Shown here: positions 9,686 to 18,580 of the stretch, in pieces
Layout: every line of letters begins with the position of its first letter
Position numbering within the stretch: the stretch's first letter is position 1
Source of the DNA: Saprospiraceae bacterium
Lineage (GTDB): Bacteria; Bacteroidota; Bacteroidia; Chitinophagales; Saprospiraceae
Direction: 5' to 3'
DNA length: 64,000 bases
Assembly (NCBI GenBank): GCA_016714785.1
Contig: JADKCC010000057.1
Coordinates: forward strand, 9,938-73,937
Program-made: the position numbers and the translations under genes
Notes under the pieces: model-generated
Told to the model about the DNA's origin: nothing
Seen by the model: the letters and a program-made list of their open reading frames with translations, nothing else
Databases searched by the model: none

Positions 9686-11638
9686 TCAATAAATTATATA
9701 CATTTCTGTTCTCCTGTTCTTTTTTCTTCCTGATTCACTAAGATTATCTGCAATAGGATTTGTTTCTCCTTTCCCTTCTGAAGAGATTCTGGTGAAATCA
9801 ATGCCTTTTGCAATAATGGCTTCTGCTACAGCTTTGGCTCTTTTTTGCGATAAAGTGTAATTGTCATCTTCAGAACCAATATCATCTGTATGTCCAATAA
9901 TTTCAATTTTTATCGATGGATTTTCTACCATCATTTTGTATATTAATAAAATTTCATGGTTGGATGCTTCTAATAGTTCTGCTGAACCGGTGGAAAAAAA
10001 TATATTTTGTAAAATAATTGGGCTATTTTTTGAATCAGATTTTATTACAGGAATTAATTGAATATTTAAAACATACGGTTCTAACAGGATGTTTTTGTTG
10101 GTAAGGTCAAAATTTTCAGCATGGTAGGTATAATTTTTTTGCTCAACGATGCACACATAGTTTTTTCCTGATGTAATTCCACTTAAGAAATATCCATCAT
10201 CGTCTGTTTCTATTTGGAAAATTTCTAGCCCTGTATTTATATCTTTAATGATTACCTTAGCTTTTAGAGCTTTACCTGTCGCGGCGTCAGTAACATACCC
10301 TTTTATAAAGGTTGTCGGTTTAGGTCTAGCTTCTTCGTAGAGCTCAAAAGTATATATATCCAAATGATTCATTTTCTGCCCAGAATTATGATTGATATCA
10401 CTGGCATAATAAGCATTTTTTCCATCCAATGAAACAGTTAACGAACCTTCTTCGCCTATTGTATTGATTGGGTACCCGATATTTACGGGTGTTTGCCAAA
10501 GTGCTGTAGTATCATTCTTTTTACTGTAGTATATGTCATGTTTGCCCATACCAGGACGACCGTTAGACCTGAAATATAAGGTAGATCCGTCAGAGTGCAA
10601 AAATGGACTTTCATCGTCACCTTCTGAATTTATTACTGGACCAAGATTGATAGGTGTAACCCAAGCATTTTTTGCATCTCGGTAAGTTATAAAAAGGTCT
10701 GAGCCGCCCGTTGTGCCCAACCTTTTACTTGCAAATATAAGTGTTCTAGCATCCGCTGATAAAGTAGGTTGAGAATCCCAAGCCGCAGAATTAACTTTAT
10801 GACCCATATTGACGGGTTGGGTCCAGTGTCCATCCATTAGCATAGAATAATAAAGATCGCAGCTACCAAAGGCATCCTTCCTATCACAGGCAGTAAAAAC
10901 TATATACTTGCCATTAGATGAGATTGCAAAAGCACCTTCGTTTTGATAAGTATTAAGGTCAGTGAGTGGCATTGCTTTTGTCCAATTACTATTGCTAAAT
11001 GCTGACATATAAAAATCTTCTTGGCCTATAAAATCGTTAATCATCTTTACGTTTCTAGTAAATATCATGTTAGTGCCATCTAATGATAATATCGGTGAAT
11101 ATTCTGAATTGTTTGTATTGATATTTTCTCCTACATTTTGAGGTCTAAAAGGCACAGGGTGATTGAAAGCAAACTCGATGAATCTAAGATTGACACTCAT
11201 CTTCATCGCTCTTTTTACTTTATCAGTTTTTGATTTTTCTTTCTGGATGTAAATATCCAAATTATTTGCTGCGTCGATATATTTGTTTTGCTCTATTTGT
11301 GACATCGCTAAAGAATAATACATTTCTGCATCAAAATCTGGTGCTAAATAGATTGCTTTTTGAAAAAGTCTTTCGGACATTTCATAAGATTTCATTTGAA
11401 AATAATTGGATGCCAGACGCAAGTAGCCTTCTACAAAATCTTTTTTAACAGCAAGCAGTTTCTCAAAATTTTGATTGCTTTTTATTAAATTTCCTAATTG
11501 AGCATACTTCTTTGCATCAGCATAGATTTTTTTTTCTTTTGGGCTTAATTGATCAGTGGTGCTTTGTGCTTCCGAAGTATAAGTCATTAAGCTTATAAAT
11601 ATAAAGACGTAGGTATATTTACTTATATATAAATTCAT
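9686..11638 (-). CDS. OmpA-family outer-membrane protein with TPR, TolB-like beta-propeller repeats and a CarboxypepD_reg-like domain
   Basis: 650 aa with a signal peptide and N-terminal TPR-like helices. SPDG/DG..L.F.S motifs recur. The C-terminal OmpA_C motif reads IEIIGHTDDIGSEDDNYTLSQKRAKAV...NRRTE. Confidence 0.85.
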   Translation of the reverse strand: MNLYISKYTYVFIFISLMTYTSEAQSTTDQLSPKEKKIYADAKKYAQLGNLIKSNQNFEKLLAVKKDFVEGYLRLASNYFQMKSYEMSERLFQKAIYLAPDFDAEMYYSLAMSQIEQNKYIDAANNLDIYIQKEKSKTDKVKRAMKMSVNLRFIEFAFNHPVPFRPQNVGENINTNNSEYSPILSLDGTNMIFTRNVKMINDFIGQEDFYMSAFSNSNWTKAMPLTDLNTYQNEGAFAISSNGKYIVFTACDRKDAFGSCDLYYSMLMDGHWTQPVNMGHKVNSAAWDSQPTLSADARTLIFASKRLGTTGGSDLFITYRDAKNAWVTPINLGPVINSEGDDESPFLHSDGSTLYFRSNGRPGMGKHDIYYSKKNDTTALWQTPVNIGYPINTIGEEGSLTVSLDGKNAYYASDINHNSGQKMNHLDIYTFELYEEARPKPTTFIKGYVTDAATGKALKAKVIIKDINTGLEIFQIETDDDGYFLSGITSGKNYVCIVEQKNYTYHAENFDLTNKNILLEPYVLNIQLIPVIKSDSKNSPIILQNIFFSTGSAELLEASNHEILLIYKMMVENPSIKIEIIGHTDDIGSEDDNYTLSQKRAKAVAEAIIAKGIDFTRISSEGKGETNPIADNLSESGRKKNRRTEMYIIY

Positions 11639-12030
11639 TTTTTTATTATTTAAACTAGCTAGTTATCTGTTATTCATTAAGTTTGTAATAAGTTTTATCA
11701 ACATTTTGCAATAGAAATTACAATGATATACACCACATGACCTTAAGGTCTTTGAAACTTTCAGTATTAAAACATAAAACGAAGTAATTTTGTATCATAG
11801 TATAGTAAGAATTATTATTTTCCTACCATAATCAATATGACACCTAAAGAAAACAAGCTTCTTACTATTGCATTAAAATATGTTTTAAATGTGAGTGGGA
11901 ATCAAAAAGTAGTTAAATCCCGTTTCTTTTTAAGAGAAAAGCAAATAAAAGAGAAAGATATTTGGCATATATAAAATCCTGGTTTTAAGTCTCTATAATA
12001 TTGATGATATTTTAACATCTGATATATATT

Positions 12031-12055
12031 AGGAAATTCATTTTAGATTTTAGGA
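12031..12055 (+). repeat. 25-nt motif AGGAAATTCATTTTAGATTTTAGGA, copy 1
   Basis: The reverse complement of 28949-28974 is identical apart from one extra T. Confidence 0.85.
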
Positions 12056-12182
12056 AATATAGCTAAATATTTTCAGTAAAAAATAATAACTTTAGACTTG
12101 CAATTTACGTTATATAATGTATCTGAATTAACTTACATAAAAACATAATTCTTACTTATTTGGTTGCTCTTTAAATTTTGTT

Positions 12183-12250
12183 CTCCCGCCGTTGACCTGA
12201 CGTTGTGCTGATGTAACTCCCATAGCGCTCCCGTGACGCTCCCATGTTTC
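12183..12250. repeat. GC-rich word module (C-cluster orientation), inverted partner of 13118-13214
   Basis: The sequence is CTCCCGCCGTTGACCTGACGTTGTGCTGATGTAACTCCCATAGCGCTCCCGTGACGCTCCCATG. CCC runs at 12185, 12219, 12230 and 12241 fall on an 11-bp grid. The reverse complement of 13118-13214 shares CCGACGTTGTGC and CTCCCACAGCGCTCCCA. Confidence 0.7.
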
Positions 12251-12456
12251 TACTTACGATTTCCCTATAACACTGCATAAAAATATGTATTGTTTAGAAA
12301 CCTGATTTCATCTTTACCCAAATTGCTAGAGTTACGCCTCAGAAATAGGTAAATAGATCATTGTAACTTATAAATTGTAATGTCTTCATTTCATATTTTT
12401 CTGGTTACAAAAAACAACAGAAAATATCCTACTTCTCATCTAAAACGAATTATTAA

Positions 12457-12830
12457 AATTACGTAAATAAATGTGACAAATGCCCTATTTCAGAATACGA
12501 AACTACTTTCGCTAGTATTGCATATATTTATATTGAGTTAGGAGATTACAATCAAGCGGTTAGGAATTGGACACAATTAATTAATTATTATGAATTGACC
12601 GACAATTTAAACAATCAAAATTATTACTTGACAAAAAATAAACTGGGTGAAACATACAGAATAATGGGTATTTATGATAAGTCTCTCTCTCGTGGTTTCA
12701 AGAAGCTTTAGACATAAAAACAATATTAGGTGACAATCATGTCAATTATGGTACTATATTGAATAATTTTGCCCAACTATATCAAGATATGGGTGTATAT
12801 GATAAGGCTTTCGCATTTCGTAAAATTTAA
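12457..12830 (+). pseudogene. Relic of a TPR-repeat (TPR_12-like) protein gene, 5'-truncated and frameshifted
   Basis: One frame reads ...ASIAYIYIELGDYNQAVRNWTQLINYYELTDNLNNQNYYLTKNKLGETYRIMGIYDKSLS. After a shift in the (TC)n tract at 12682-12691 it continues WFQEALDIKTILGDNHVNYGTILNNFAQLYQDMGVYDKAFAF*. There is no start codon; the frame opens directly after a stop at 12454-12456. Confidence 0.65.
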
Positions 12831-12942
12831 CACTTCATAAATACGCCAATTTTTATACTGCACATTAGATTTAATTCCTACTATTGTTTTAGTAAATTTA
12901 AATAAATAATTAAAAATCAATAAGTTAGGCAAATGTGATTGT

Positions 12943-13047
12943 AGAGAAGGAAGGGAGATAGGAGAGATGAGAGTTGAGAGATGAGTTATGGGAGATGAGA
13001 TAGGAGTTAGGAGAAATGAGTTAGGAGAAATGAGTTAGGAGAGAAGA
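12943..13047 (+). repeat. C-free purine-rich degenerate microsatellite (GAGATGAG / GAGTTAGGAGAAAT words)
   Basis: I see no cytosine on the + strand from about 12943 to 13047. GAGTTAGGAGAAAT-like 14-mers occur three times in tandem near 13003-13044. Confidence 0.8.
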
Positions 13048-13117
13048 TGCCTAAAGATACTGCATCGTAGCTAGGAAGCTAAGACGAACAAGTGTATAAG
13101 TATTAATTTAGTTACAA

Positions 13118-13214
13118 TGGAGTGCAGTGGGAGCGCTGTGGGAGCATCTAGGGAGCGTGGTCGGGCCAACCTCGGGACAACCTTGGCACAACGTCGGGCC
13201 AACCTCGGGACAAC
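13118..13214 (+). repeat. Phased ~11-bp G-cluster word array
   Basis: GGG (or GG) starts at 13129, 13140, 13151, 13163, 13174, 13185, 13196 and 13207. The last 55 bp are five 11-mers: GTCGGGCCAAC, CTCGGGACAAC, CTTGGCACAAC, GTCGGGCCAAC, CTCGGGACAAC. Confidence 0.85.
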
Positions 13215-13584
13215 GCACTTTCATTTTTGATTAAAAATGGTAGTTTTGATAGCTTTTTTAGACTTTTGATGGTCAAATATCGTTTGGACAATTAAGTGCT
13301 GAAACAGATTTTTAACTAGGAATAAAGATAAGTGTTTTTGGACAAAAAATGTACTGGTTTCTTGGATTTTTTTAAAATAAATTTGGTAGCAACTTGGCGT
13401 GACAAAAATCGATAGGATGCCTTTTGTTTTGTTGTTTCGTACCTAAAGGCACGAGGATTGGGTTTTGATTTTGTTTTTTCTACCAATATTTTGTCCCTAA
13501 CGGGACAGGGTTTTGAAGCCATTGGTCTTAGTTGAGTTTTAATCTCGCATTTTTAATTGCTTTTTGAATGCGGGCTAGGCTATT

Positions 13585-14035
13585 TTTTGGATGGAGATGG
13601 ATTTACTGATGAGGTTTATCTCGCAGACTTCACAGATTTCGCAGATTTTTTTTTGAAAAAGATTCTTGCCACTAAGGCGCTAAGGAACTAAGTTTTTTTT
13701 GGACTGGAAATATGGATTTACCGATGAGGTTTATCTCGCAGACTTCACAGATTTCGCAGACTTTTTTTTGAAAAAGATTCTTGCCACTAAGGCGCTAAGG
13801 CACTAAGTTTTTTGGATGGAGTGATTTCCATGGGTTTATCTGTTTTTTAAATCTGCCACGCGGAATGGATTTACCGATGAGGTTTATCTCGCAGACTTCA
13901 CAGATTTCGCAGACTTTTTTTTGAAAAAGATTCTTGCCACTAAGGCGCTAAGGCACTAAGTTTTTTTTGGATGGAGATGGATTTACCGATGAGGTTTATC
14001 TCGCAGACTTCACAGATTTCGCAGACTTTTTTTGG
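13585..14035 (+). repeat. Four-copy tandem array of a ~112-115-bp unit
   Basis: The unit is GGATTTACCGATGAGGTTTATCTCGCAGACTTCACAGATTTCGCAGACTTTTTTTTGAAAAAGATTCTTGCCACTAAGGCGCTAAGGCACTAAG(T)n. Copies start at 13599, 13714, 13867 and 13979. The last copy is truncated, and there is a ~40-50-nt insert between copies 2 and 3. Inside each unit are three 9-mers (TCTCGCAGA, CTTCACAGA, TTTCGCAGA) and three CTAAG words. Confidence 0.9.
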
Positions 14036-14245
14036 AAGAAGTTTGTTGCTAATTGGCACAAAAACAATCGGTAGCATGTCTTAGAGCCATACCTACCAAT
14101 GGATAGAAATGTTAAAATATTCGTAAGATGAAAAATTTTAATCCCACTGATGTCACTTTGACGATATCAAAAAGTTAAAGTTTCAAATGTAAGAAATTTG
14201 TATTGAAATAATACCGTTATTTGCAGTAACTAAATCAAAGATATT

Positions 14246-15214
14246 ATGGGTACATCACTATTTGAATTTGTAGGTAGAGTAGGTAATATGGTATATTACA
14301 AACTTGATAACAAACCAGTAAAACGTAGGATCGGAAAGGTTGATCTGGAAAAGATGCGGACAGCACCGCAATATGCAGAAACGCGTAAAAATCAGTGTGA
14401 ATTAGGTGTTGCATCTAGTGGTGGAAAGCTTTTCAGAGAAGGATTGTTGCAATTTACCAAAGGGTTCACGATTCACTCCTATGCATCGGATGTTGTATCC
14501 ATCTTGCTAAATACTTTGCGAAATGATACGACGCAACCAAAGGGACAAAAACAAATAACTAATGGGCTAAAAAATGTTGCTTCACAGTTGGCTTTCAACA
14601 AGTTAGATATATTTAGCAAACGAGAAACAGCGTTTTATAAAAATACATTATTAAGAAAAACAAACGATGGAAAGTCGTGGAGACTGAATCGAAATATTCT
14701 CTTCGGAAAAGGAGTAAAGGGAGATCAAATGAGCGTAAAAATAGGTTATTATCACGTTGATTTTGAAGGAAGTATTGCCAATTATGAAGAAGTATTATCT
14801 ATGGCTTGTCATCGTAATGAAAAGATAGAATTTAGTGATTTCAAACTGCCAAACTCTAATAAAAACAATACTACTCCGTGGACTTTTGTGATCGTGCAGG
14901 TGTGGCGGGAAGGTAGTTTTCAAGACATCACAGGAATGACGTACATGTCTATTGTGGACGTAGTGGATAATGATGCTTTAAACGATGCTCTTTACAAAAA
15001 TAATGAGCCATTATTGCATAAATGTGGACGTGAAATGAAAGAAGGGCATGGATTGCACGAGTTGCAAACTCGCGCTAGCAGGGGTATTGAAGTTGCAAAC
15101 TTCGACAATCGGAATTTGATTCATGGACATAGCCGTTATAGGAAAGATATTGTGAAATTTGGTGGGCAAAATGATTGGGGAGAGGTGGTTGATAAGGTAG
15201 CGAAGGTGAAGTGA
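14246..15214 (+). CDS. Uncharacterised protein (N-terminus resembles a Bacteroidota-restricted DUF, possibly DUF6266)
   Basis: A 322-aa ORF whose coding-like composition differs from the flanking repeats. The N-terminal FVGRVGNMVYYKLDNKPVKR resembles the G.VGN.V.Y start of that family, which I recall from memory only. Confidence 0.55.
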   Translation: MGTSLFEFVGRVGNMVYYKLDNKPVKRRIGKVDLEKMRTAPQYAETRKNQCELGVASSGGKLFREGLLQFTKGFTIHSYASDVVSILLNTLRNDTTQPKGQKQITNGLKNVASQLAFNKLDIFSKRETAFYKNTLLRKTNDGKSWRLNRNILFGKGVKGDQMSVKIGYYHVDFEGSIANYEEVLSMACHRNEKIEFSDFKLPNSNKNNTTPWTFVIVQVWREGSFQDITGMTYMSIVDVVDNDALNDALYKNNEPLLHKCGREMKEGHGLHELQTRASRGIEVANFDNRNLIHGHSRYRKDIVKFGGQNDWGEVVDKVAKVK

Positions 15215-15316
15215 TTGTTGAATTTGATGAATTGTGGATAGTAAATTGTTTCTAAAAGTGTCAACTTAAATTTTATAATCATCCACCTTTTAATTTTATT
15301 CATATATTTGTGTCTA

Positions 15317-15592
15317 ATGAAAGACGAACAAATATATAAAAGTGATGAATATTTAATCTCTGCATTAAAACAAAGAGATAGAAATGCATTTAAGTTCCTT
15401 TATAAAAACTATACTGGACCTATAAAACATTTTGTAAAAACCAATGGTGGACAGGATGTAGATGCAGAAGAAATAGAACTAAACGTCATAGTGCTGCTTT
15501 ATGAAAAAATTGCATCTGGCAATTTTGTGTTGAATGAAGGGACCAAGCTAAGTACATATATGTTTGCTGTAGGTAAAAATATAAATTTTTGA
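15317..15592 (+). pseudogene. Truncated sigma-70/ECF-type sigma factor (region 2 only)
   Basis: Reads ISALKQRDRNAFKFLYKNYTGPIKHFVKTNGGQDVDAEEIELNVIVLLYEKI...LSTYMFAVGKNI, which looks like sigma-70 region 2. The ORF stops after about 90 aa, and no frame downstream carries region 4. Confidence 0.5.
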
Positions 15593-15622
15593 GATTTCAT
15601 TTAGCAAAAAAAACCAAATCCA

Positions 15623-16108
15623 ATGAAAGTCTTATTATTTTTCGTCAGTTCAGCTTTTCTATTTTTCAATACTGATACTATATACAATGTGCTTAATGAT
15701 GTTGTAGAAATAACCAGTTCCAGTAATTCAGAAGAAGTCAACTATTCAACATATCGGTATGACAATGAAGTTGAAAACCAACATGAAGAAGATCTTTTGG
15801 AAGATGAAATTCGTAACGATTCTGAAGATGAAGAATTAAGCTTAGATGAAGATTTCCAAAATGAAGAAGATGGCGAGTATATATCAGACGATAATCCAGT
15901 AACATGGGATGAAGATCCTAATAACTATCCTTTGGAAACGCCAGATACTTATGAAAATATTGATGACGAAGAAGTTCAATCACCTACACATTATCGTGAA
16001 GTACCTGAAGGTGCTTGCGCTATTTGTGGAGATGGTACTTATTCTTTCAGTAAAAACCGCAGAGGCACTTGTAGTCGCCATAGTGGTGTGACTGAATGGT
16101 TGAGATAA
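15623..16108 (+). CDS. Secreted, highly acidic protein with a C-terminal DUF3761-like Cys motif
   Basis: Begins with a signal peptide (MKVLLFFVSSAFLFF), followed by a long D/E-rich linker. The C-terminus CAICGDGTYSFSKNRRGTCSRHSGVTEWL matches the C.DG.YS.S...GTCS.HGGV..W pattern of DUF3761, recalled from memory. Confidence 0.6.
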   Translation: MKVLLFFVSSAFLFFNTDTIYNVLNDVVEITSSSNSEEVNYSTYRYDNEVENQHEEDLLEDEIRNDSEDEELSLDEDFQNEEDGEYISDDNPVTWDEDPNNYPLETPDTYENIDDEEVQSPTHYREVPEGACAICGDGTYSFSKNRRGTCSRHSGVTEWLR

Positions 16109-16215
16109 AAGTTTAAAAAGTACCTTGGTTGTTTAACCAAAAGTGTTTCCGTTTATTGCATGATAAGTCATGTATATTGTAGCCAATAAATTGACTCGAT
16201 ATATCAATTATTGCC

Positions 16216-17451
16216 TCACACCACCACACCATTCAGTATCACCTTATCTATGTGCTGACTACCGAAGGCATACACCATGTAGTCTAGTGATGGAATGGGT
16301 TTGGTGATAATGAGATTGGCTTTTTTGCCTACAGCGATGGAGCCGTGGCTATCGCCCAATTCCATAGCATAGGCGCCATTGATCGTTACACCATTGAAAG
16401 CTTCGGATGGCAATAACCTCATGTTGTTACAAGCAAAAGCCATGAGTAAAGGTATATTTCCTGATGGGCTAGACCCTGGATTATAATCTGTAGCTATAGC
16501 AATACCGAGCCCTTCGTCTATCATCTTTCTGGCTGGAGCATAATGGATGTTAAGAAAAAAGGAACAAGATGGTAAAACAGTAGGTATGGTGTTTGAAGAT
16601 TTGAGTAGGTCTATTTCTTCTTGGCCGATAGCTTCCAAATGATCTACAGAAATTGCCTGATTTGCGATACCTACTTGTACACCACCAGATATGGCCAGTT
16701 CGTTGGCATGGATTTTGGCTTTTAATCCATATTTTGCTGCAGCTTTTAGTATTTTATCTGTTTCTTCTACGGTATAAAAACCTTTATCACAAAATACATC
16801 ACAGTAATCAGCGAGACCTTCACTGGCAACTTGCGGTATCATGTCATTGATAATAATATCTATGTAAGCACTTCTATTTTCTCTATATAATAAAGGTATA
16901 GCGTGAGCGCCTAGAAAAGTGGATTTAATAGTAGCTGCTGATGTTTCTTTAAGTCTCCTAATCACTTTCAGCATCTTTAATTCACTTTCTAGGGTCAGGC
17001 CGTACCCACTTTTTATTTCTATAGCGCCCGTACCATATTGTATCACTTCATCCAATCTGGCTTTTGCTGACTTGTAGAGTTCGTCTTCTGACCTGTTCTG
17101 AAGCTTTGCTGCTGAATTGAGTATGCCTCCACCATTGCGTGCTATCTCTTCATAAGAAATGCCTCGAAGTCTATCAACATACTCACCTTCACGACCGTGC
17201 GCATAGACGATGTGTGTATGGCTGTCGCACCAGCTGGGTAGCAGTGACCCACCTTTGGCATCCAAGATATGATCTGCTCTATCGGGTACGGATTGCATTG
17301 ATCCAATATCCTTGACAATATCATCTTCTATAAGAATGTATGCATTTTGCATGGTATCCACAACAGACATAGCCGCTCCCTTTTTTAGTGACTGCGGCTG
17401 TGTCTGAAGACCATAAATGGTATGGATGTTTCGTATTATTAATGATGACAT
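16216..17451 (-). CDS. hutI: Imidazolonepropionase
   Basis: 411 aa amidohydrolase with DSHTHIVYA, GAHAIP, KIHANEL, DHLE and ATDYNPGSSP motifs in the HutI arrangement. Confidence 0.9.
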   Translation of the reverse strand: MSSLIIRNIHTIYGLQTQPQSLKKGAAMSVVDTMQNAYILIEDDIVKDIGSMQSVPDRADHILDAKGGSLLPSWCDSHTHIVYAHGREGEYVDRLRGISYEEIARNGGGILNSAAKLQNRSEDELYKSAKARLDEVIQYGTGAIEIKSGYGLTLESELKMLKVIRRLKETSAATIKSTFLGAHAIPLLYRENRSAYIDIIINDMIPQVASEGLADYCDVFCDKGFYTVEETDKILKAAAKYGLKAKIHANELAISGGVQVGIANQAISVDHLEAIGQEEIDLLKSSNTIPTVLPSCSFFLNIHYAPARKMIDEGLGIAIATDYNPGSSPSGNIPLLMAFACNNMRLLPSEAFNGVTINGAYAMELGDSHGSIAVGKKANLIITKPIPSLDYMVYAFGSQHIDKVILNGVVV

Positions 17452-17469
17452 AAGTTGGGTTGTAAAGGG

Positions 17470-18249
17470 TCAAATGATGATGCCATCCATATTGTATTCA
17501 TTCTTTAAATTCTTTCTAAAGTTGTTGGCTTGTTCCGAAGTCTCAAATTGCCCTATTCTTACTTTAAATACAGGTACTCCATCTTTGTATTCGTTGGTCA
17601 CCGTCACTTGCTCTACAAATAATTGTTTGAGGGATTGTACCATTTCTGCGGCACCTTCATATCTTTCAAAAACACCTACCTGTACTCTAAAGGCATTTGA
17701 TGTCTGTTTTTCTGTATAATATTTTTTATATTCTTTGGCTGATTGTTTCATACTATCAGACTCTTTAATATCATTTTGGTGCTGGTAAGGTGATGTATTA
17801 AAATCATATTTAGCAGCAATTTTATGTTCTGGTGCATTATATTTAGAAAGTATCTCCATCAGCTTCCGCGGAGAAAGCGTTTGCTCTATCCTATCTAATA
17901 ATTGCCCTTGAGAATTGAAAATTAACATGGTAGGCAAATATTTTATTTCGTAAGCATTTTTAAGATCATACCCCGATGCATCATCAATATTTGCTTTTAC
18001 TGATACAAAGTTGTCATTTAGCGTATTTGCCACTTCTTCATCTTTGAAAGTTGTTTGCTCCATCCATTTACAAGGGGTACACCATTCAGCATAGAAGTCC
18101 ACAAATATCAATTTGCCTTCCTTACCTGCTATGTTGCGTGCATCATTGAAATTTACTGCTGTAAAGTTAATTTTAACGTCATTGGCAAGAATAGCTGATG
18201 TAATGCAAAGTAACGATAAAACGAATAAATAAACTTTAAGTCTGTACAT
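17470..18249 (-). CDS. Thioredoxin-fold plus SPOR domain protein
   Basis: Starts with the signal peptide MYRLKVYLFVLSLLC. A thioredoxin-like region carries WCTPCKWM. The C-terminal SPOR-like region reads FRVQVGVFERYEGAAEMVQSL...VFKVRIGQFETSEQANNFRKNL. The start is trimmed from the track ORF to the Met at 18249. Confidence 0.75.
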   Translation of the reverse strand: MYRLKVYLFVLSLLCITSAILANDVKINFTAVNFNDARNIAGKEGKLIFVDFYAEWCTPCKWMEQTTFKDEEVANTLNDNFVSVKANIDDASGYDLKNAYEIKYLPTMLIFNSQGQLLDRIEQTLSPRKLMEILSKYNAPEHKIAAKYDFNTSPYQHQNDIKESDSMKQSAKEYKKYYTEKQTSNAFRVQVGVFERYEGAAEMVQSLKQLFVEQVTVTNEYKDGVPVFKVRIGQFETSEQANNFRKNLKNEYNMDGIII

Positions 18250-18580
18250 AATCACCTGATTTAAAAAAAAATAATTAAAAATGTTTTTGGGTGTTTTAGC
18301 GTAATAACGACATATTGTATTATTATACAATTCGTAATCTACTGCAAAACATCTATTTGTGTAATATCAATTTTGATACCAAACTTTACATTAACCATTC
18401 AATAAATGACTATTTTATATAAATTCATATTTACAATTAGTTATTTTATAATAGATTATGCGTTAAATATATTTTTAATTTAAAATGGAAGATTTTTATT
18501 ATTTCTTCATTAAGTATTTGTAAAAAATAAAAAACCTTATCTTGTGCCGCTTTTCCTAAAGTCACTAAAAACCCAATCAA

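Noticed and set aside
11836-11973. 45-aa ORF (MTPKENKLLTIALKYVLNVSGNQK...)
   Set aside because: It is short, has no recognisable family or promoter box and lies in AT-rich spacer. The evidence is too weak to call it a gene.
13316-13522. 68-aa ORF on the minus strand in the repeat island
   Set aside because: It is Lys/Arg-rich and low-complexity, it spans a hairpin (TTGTCCC-TAAC-GGGACAG), and it has no promoter or recognisable family. It is most likely non-coding.
13585-14035. Possible CRISPR array
   Set aside because: The repeats are about 112 bp long and directly abut each other, with no unique spacers of 25-50 bp. No cas genes are present in the window.
11640-14245. Insertion sequence, prophage or integrative element
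   Set aside because: No transposase, integrase or phage gene is present in any frame, and I found no flanking direct repeats. Only non-autonomous repeat modules and a gene relic are present.
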